Assembly: GCA_965603825.1 (NCBI GenBank)
Contig: CBFDEM010000041.1
Location: 558,001-622,000, forward strand
DNA from: Blepharisma stoltei ATCC 30299
Taxonomy: Eukaryota > Protista > Ciliophora
Direction of reading: 5' to 3'
Length of the DNA stretch: 64,000 bases
Made by a program: the position numbers and the translations under genes. Positions 58,801 through 64,000 of this stretch are shown piece after piece; the first letter of the stretch is position 1; each line of letters opens with the position of its first letter. Below the pieces are notes generated by a model that had not been told where the DNA came from, did not search any database, and saw only the letters and a list, made by a program, of their open reading frames with translations.

Positions 58801-61800
58801 CATCTCTATTATGAATTTCAAAAATAATTAAATTTTCAACCAAAATCCTTTGTATTTCTGTAACTTTTCCATTAATTATGGAAATTAAATCTGCGATTTT
58901 AATATCTGTAGAATTATAGCAATCTTTCAAAGCATCATCATTAATATTGGTATCAATATGGCTTAAGGCTCTACTTGTGCTATTTGTAAATATAATTTGA
59001 TTTCCTATTAAAATACATTGTGCAGGGATTTTACCATTTAAAACTCATTCTTTTCTAGCTAAATTTTCAGATGGATAAGTATCTTGAGCTTTCTTAATAT
59101 AATCATGCATAGTTTTTATGATAATTTCTTCAATGCTTATCAATCAATGTTCAATATTTCCTTCAATAATCAACGGAGACACAAATTCCACTTTTTCGTC
59201 TTCTTGGCTTATTATTGATAAAGCTTGTATTGTTTCTCCTTCTTTTTCCAATATAATTTCTTTTATTGAGCTAAAACATTTTGAGATATAATAATTTAAT
59301 TGGATTGGGCTTTCCATTTTACTTAAAATTTCTAATATTTCTTGGTTCGATAAGAAATAAAACCGTGGAAAAGCAAGTTTTTTGGTCTCTAAATACCCAT
59401 CTAATGATTTTTGGATTTCTTCAAGAATTTTTTTATTTTGCAGCAATTTTTCTAAAATTCCAGGAATTTCGCATGCGTCAAGCACACTTGGATTTCTAAA
59501 GGTTGCAATCATGATGTCTATCCAAAAATAATTAACTATATTAAACTTCGCAGTTTCCATTGGCAGCTGTTTTTGCATTTCACGATTGCTAAAAATACTT
59601 TCAAAATAGCTTCAGAGCTCTTGGCAAGCTATTCACTCTTCTATTACTTCTTTAATATTTTTTAATTTAATTTCTCAAAATTCGAGTTTTTCTTTAAATT
59701 CATAACAGTATCTATTCTCCCACAATAAATGAATAGTCGATAGATGATCTTCAAGCTGATTATAAACTTCTTCAACACCGCCAATGCAATATCTATCTTT
59801 TTGATCTCTATATTTTATTATAGTAAAAACTGTTTGTTCCCATTTGCTTTTAATTTCAGTAATCGCAGTTTCTATGTCTAGTTCTGAGTTTGCATCATAA
59901 GCTACTAGATCAAGTTTATCCGCAATGGCAACAATTTCTCATTCAAGGAGCTCATATAGACAAAATTGTTTTCCTTCAATGTACTCGACTCCTGTAGGCA
60001 AAGATTTAAATATTTTTTCTCAGTGTCTAGGCTGCAGTGATTTTATGCTGAGGGTTTCTACAATAGGGACTATTTTGGTTACTTTTGTTATTTTTTCACT
60101 AAAATCTTGAGTTAATACATCAGTTGAGATTTCAAGATTTTTTTGGTTTGTTTTGACCATTTCTAGCTCTTTATTAAATTGGTTGACAACAAAGCCTATA
60201 TCTTTTTTTAGTTCTAAAAAGTTGTCATACATCAATTCATGAAAAAAATTGTCTCATTCTTTTCTTAAACTCCAGAATTGGTGCCATGACTTGAGTTTCT
60301 TCCAAATTAAATCCAGCTCAGTAATTTCAGGCAATTTTATTTCTAAAATTACTTCGTATTTTTTATATTTTTCAATTTTCTGGGTAAGTTTTGTTAAATT
60401 TTCTTCTATTCTATTCAGCTCAAATAATGCTTCGTTAGGATTGGTGTCAGGTTTTGTGAGTTTTCCTTTGCTTAGTTTTTCAGCCAATTCTTGGTTTACT
60501 TTATTTTGTAGAGCTCTAATTTTTATTAGCAGCTTCTTTTCCATCGGTTTTTTATTTTTGAAGAGATCTTGATTTGCCGATTGCAAGAATGATTTTGTAG
60601 AAATTGTTTCTTTTTCAAGTTCATATAGTTTTTCATTAATCAAAGCATTTTCTGCACCTCTTTCTTTATGAAAAACAACAGCTGTTTTATTTATTTCAAT
60701 TTTTAAGCCTTCTGCTTGCTCAACTTGGACTAAACTTTCTTGAAGGAATTGAATATTATTTGCAAATTCGCTTAACTTTTGATTATCCTGCTTCAATTTA
60801 TTTTGGATTGATTTTAATGAATAAATTGTTTTGGATACTTTTTCCATTATCATTTCATATAAATATTCTTTTAATTCTTTTTGAATTATTACAAAAGTAT
60901 CGACAATATTTTGCCGAAGAGCTTTACCATCTATAAAAAGAATGCTATTTCCATTCACTGGAAGTTGAAAAGGCATGAAATTTGGAATATCAGATGTAAT
61001 TCATCCTTTTATTTTCTCTATTTCTTGATTTATTTCTATTAATGGATGATTTTTCAATTTTCATTGATCAAAATTTCAAGCTATAAAAAATTGATAAATT
61101 AGCCTTATTTTTTCAAAATAATCTTCAATGCTGCATTGTGCTTCTTTAAAGTCCTGGTTGATTTTAATCTTAAATTTTTTTAAAATTTTGATAAAAAATT
61201 TTGAGTTTTTTATAATTTTTTTTGGTTGTGGAAAATCTGAAATGTGATGAGGGTCTACAATCTCATTAAAATGAGAATTAAGCTTGGTAATTTTATCTAA
61301 ATCAGATAGAGTTTCTTCAATAATAATTTCAATATTACTTATTACTTCTTGGTTATTTGGCGACAAATAAATTGAGTTTTCTTCATATTTTATATTGACA
61401 AAAAATTTTTTTGATTTTTTTGCTAATAACTCTTTGAAAAAATCTTTAATTTTTTTTTGCAATTGAGTAACGAGAGTCTCAATAATAATGTAATAAATTA
61501 ATCTGATATAGCTGCCTGACATCCATATATGCCTTTCTTTAAGCATTATATTATATTTAACCTCTTCCTCTTCCTTCTTCTGTTGGAATAATGATTTATT
61601 CTTTTTTCCTCCATAAATATCTATCTCTTCATGCCTAAAAACTTCCCGATTTTTGACAGATTTTCAAACAGTTCATAATTCTTTCATGATACTATTCATT
61701 ATTATCCCAAGAGCTTTTTGTGCATGAATTCTTGCATCTCTTTGACTATTTTTTAAATTTTCTATTTCAATTATTTTCACATCATTCATAACTAACCAAT

Positions 61801-62617
61801 TAGATTTCTCCATTTCATATGTAAATTCATTAATTTTAGTTATATTTTCCACAAATACAGTCTGCCCAAATAGCAAATTATTCCTCAAAATTTCTCTATT
61901 AGTCAAATATTTGCATTTTTTATGTTTTTCCCTTCATAACAAAAATATTTTTCCTGCTAAATAATGCTTAAAAAATTTTATTTCTCTTATTAAATCAAAA
62001 TTTCTGCTCTGAATCAATCAATCGTCAAGGGCGCAGCATTCTGTTTGAAAATTATTTATACTTTCTAAAGAAACATTAACAACTCCATGAGATGAAATTA
62101 CAAAATGGTCACCTGATATCTCATTTTTATTAACAACAATAAGGTCATAAGGTCGAAAGTATCTTGGGTTATATGGTATATTTTTGCAATAAAAAAATTT
62201 GGCTGGGGTATAGTTTCCATACTTTTTAAAGAAAGATATCGCATCTTCCCCAGTTTTGACGTTTTTTAAATCATCAGTAATTAAATCTTCTTCCTCTGTG
62301 AAACAAGTGATTTGGGATATTGGAGCTATTAAATCTTTTGGCTTGATAAAATCTAATTTTTGATCAAAAGATTTTACGTTTATGGACTTTTCTATTGATT
62401 TTTTATGAGGCAATCGCTTTGAGGGAGTTAATTCTCAGCTTTTTAATTGTGTATTTAAATCAGATTTATATAGAGATAGAAACTTTTTGGTTTTTTTCGA
62501 TTTATCAAGGCTGAAACTTACTGCTGTCTGCTCGATGCATTTATTTTCTCTCCTATTTAGCTTCAAAATCTTTAGAGGCTTTTCACTGTCTTTGTCTTGG
62601 TTGCATTTATTATTCAT
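52892..62617 (-). CDS. Divergent, C-terminally truncated axonemal dynein heavy chain (DNAH6-like inner arm), 3241 aa
   Basis: Fourteen track ORFs share one frame and are separated only by TGA (gaps translated by hand). Motifs FRPYDL, KKLAFPRFYFLSN, EYLGNTPRLVITP, WACFDEFN and LDDNKILCL; four P-loops, stalk and AAA5 are present. Confidence 0.92.
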
Positions 62618-62797
62618 TTATTATTATACCCATCTGAATCAAAATGATACACTCTGTAATGAAAACAAAGGGTGAAAAGAATCTTTAAGCAAGATTATTT
62701 TAGAATTATTTAATATAGTAGATTTACTATCCAATATTTAAAATAATTCTGTCTTTCAAAAGCAGTGTAACTAATATTTCTTAACTTAACTTCTTTC

Positions 62798-63304
62798 TTA
62801 CTCTTTCTTAGAATTTTCTTTGTTTTCCGAAGAACTCAGTTTGAATCCTGTTAGTAGCTCAAGTCTTTTAACATATCCTAATGTTTGCAGCTTTCTATTT
62901 TTAATCTTTTCGTAGTAATTATACGCAGACATGTACTCCTTAAAAGCGTCTTTCTTAATATTATACTCAACATTAAGCTGCTCTGCAAGTCTGCCAATAT
63001 ATCCACTTATGTAGATGATAATTCCTCTAGTCAGAAGTGATTCACCAAAAATTGATGAAAACCTAGGATAATTTTTTTTGAATCTTCCTGAATATGAGAT
63101 CAGCGATAGCCCGAGCGAAGATATCAGGAAAATAGCCATAATTCCTTGACTTCCAATAGGATTGTTTTCGTACACTTTTGCTCTAAGCTCTTCAGTTCTA
63201 TAAAATTGTGTTAAGATATGGACTGCTGTAAGCTCTTTTTGTGCTTGCTCTCGAAGCATCATCCTTTGCTTTTCCTTGAAGCTTTCGGTCTGGCGAATAT
63301 CCAT
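62798..63304 (-). CDS. Hypothetical two-TM membrane protein, 168 aa
   Basis: Intact ATG-to-TAA ORF; a degraded paralog lies at 52350-52788. Confidence 0.78.
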   Translation of the reverse strand: MDIRQTESFKEKQRMMLREQAQKELTAVHILTQFYRTEELRAKVYENNPIGSQGIMAIFLISSLGLSLISYSGRFKKNYPRFSSIFGESLLTRGIIIYISGYIGRLAEQLNVEYNIKKDAFKEYMSAYNYYEKIKNRKLQTLGYVKRLELLTGFKLSSSENKENSKKE

Positions 63305-63502
63305 TTATGAGTTTGTTTTATATAATGTAAAATTAAGATAATTTTTACTTTTATACTAGAATTATTGATGATAAAATTTTTATTTTATTTCTGACTTTAT
63401 ACAAAAGACAAAGGCATTTTAATTAAAAGTATGGCAAGTTTGGAGATAATTTACTAATTTACCCATTATATTTGATAATGATTTTAATATAATATATATG
63501 AA

Positions 63503-63703
63503 ATGGACCTGAATAACAGCAGACCTATTTTAAAAAGCAAAAGTTTAGAGCTGGATGTGAAATATAAAAAGAGAGTATCATTCAGAGATAACACTAATTC
63601 TGAGACGAGCTCAATAGCAGATGTGCATGAAGTAGAATCATATAAACAATATAATGTTGAAGAAAAACAAGAAGGCACGTGTCTTACATGTATTGTCTTT
63701 TAA
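63503..63703 (+). CDS. Small protein with RVxF and CaaX motifs, 66 aa
   Basis: RPILK, KKRVSF, VHEVESYKQYN and C-terminal CLTCIVF. Confidence 0.7.
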   Translation: MDLNNSRPILKSKSLELDVKYKKRVSFRDNTNSETSSIADVHEVESYKQYNVEEKQEGTCLTCIVF

Positions 63704-64000
63704 ATTAATTTTATTTTGTTATTTCTAGGAGAATTTTTAAACGAAACTGTTTAATATTAAGGTAACTTGATTAATTTTAGATCGACAAAATCAGTTTCAT
63801 ATATTCATCAATGAAATTTGCCACAGCAAATTAGTGAAATATGTGCATAGAGTTAATTCAGAATATTAATATATACGAAAAGCTTATCATTTCACAGTTG
63901 ATCCTATATTTCAAAGAAGTATAAGTAAAGTTAAAATTTAATTTCTTCTTTTTTCTGCTTCTGTATGACAGCCACCATTGAATTTCTTATCATTTGCCAA

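Noticed and set aside
1771-62437. In-frame UGA as selenocysteine, or a mitochondrial/Mycoplasma origin
   Set aside because: UGA aligns with Trp rather than Cys, and the genes are nuclear eukaryotic with spliceosomal introns.
52892-62617. Dynein as a stop-riddled pseudogene, as the ORF track suggests
   Set aside because: All breaks are TGA in one frame, many at conserved Trp positions; I found no TAA/TAG or frameshift.
1-64000. tRNA, rRNA, CRISPR arrays, transposons or retained IESs
   Set aside because: I saw no T-loop or cloverleaf signatures, spaced repeats, terminal inverted repeats or transposase/RT motifs. IESs cannot be called without germline data.

Overview
This is AT-rich, gene-dense eukaryotic DNA from a ciliate macronuclear (somatic) genome, most likely a Blepharisma-like heterotrich (inference). 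Two rules explain the fragmented ORF track. First, UGA encodes Trp, while UAA and UAG are stops; in-frame TGA sits at conserved Trp positions such as kinase DIWSLG, SLU7 APWY, Cwc2 WG and dynein WACFDEFN. Second, spliceosomal introns are 15 nt long (GTA...A at position 10...AG), and I located eight. Applying both rules gives about 38 genes with very short intergenic gaps. They include a cyclase/kynurenine formamidase, an ankyrin-DHHC palmitoyltransferase, cytochrome c1, SLU7, an MFS transporter, a carbonic-anhydrase-like protein, kinesin-8, Cwc2, RPL35A, a class II HMG-CoA reductase, TANGO6, CPSF30, COG2, TPGS2, OTUD3, OFD1, a Cdc7/SepH-like kinase and PKG. The most unusual items are: (1) a 3241-aa, intron-free, strongly degenerate and C-terminally truncated dynein heavy chain bracketed by an intact gene and its pseudogene copy; (2) a bacterial-type HMG-CoA reductase fused to a possible degenerate isoprenoid-synthase domain ending in PKL; (3) a Cwc2 spliceosome core protein carrying extra ubiquitin-like and WW domains; (4) an eta-like carbonic anhydrase with a Glu/His/Gln metal site; (5) a COMM domain fused to a Zn-finger-like module. 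I found no tRNA, rRNA, CRISPR array, telomere array or recognisable transposon. All family assignments come from motif recognition by eye; no database searches were run.
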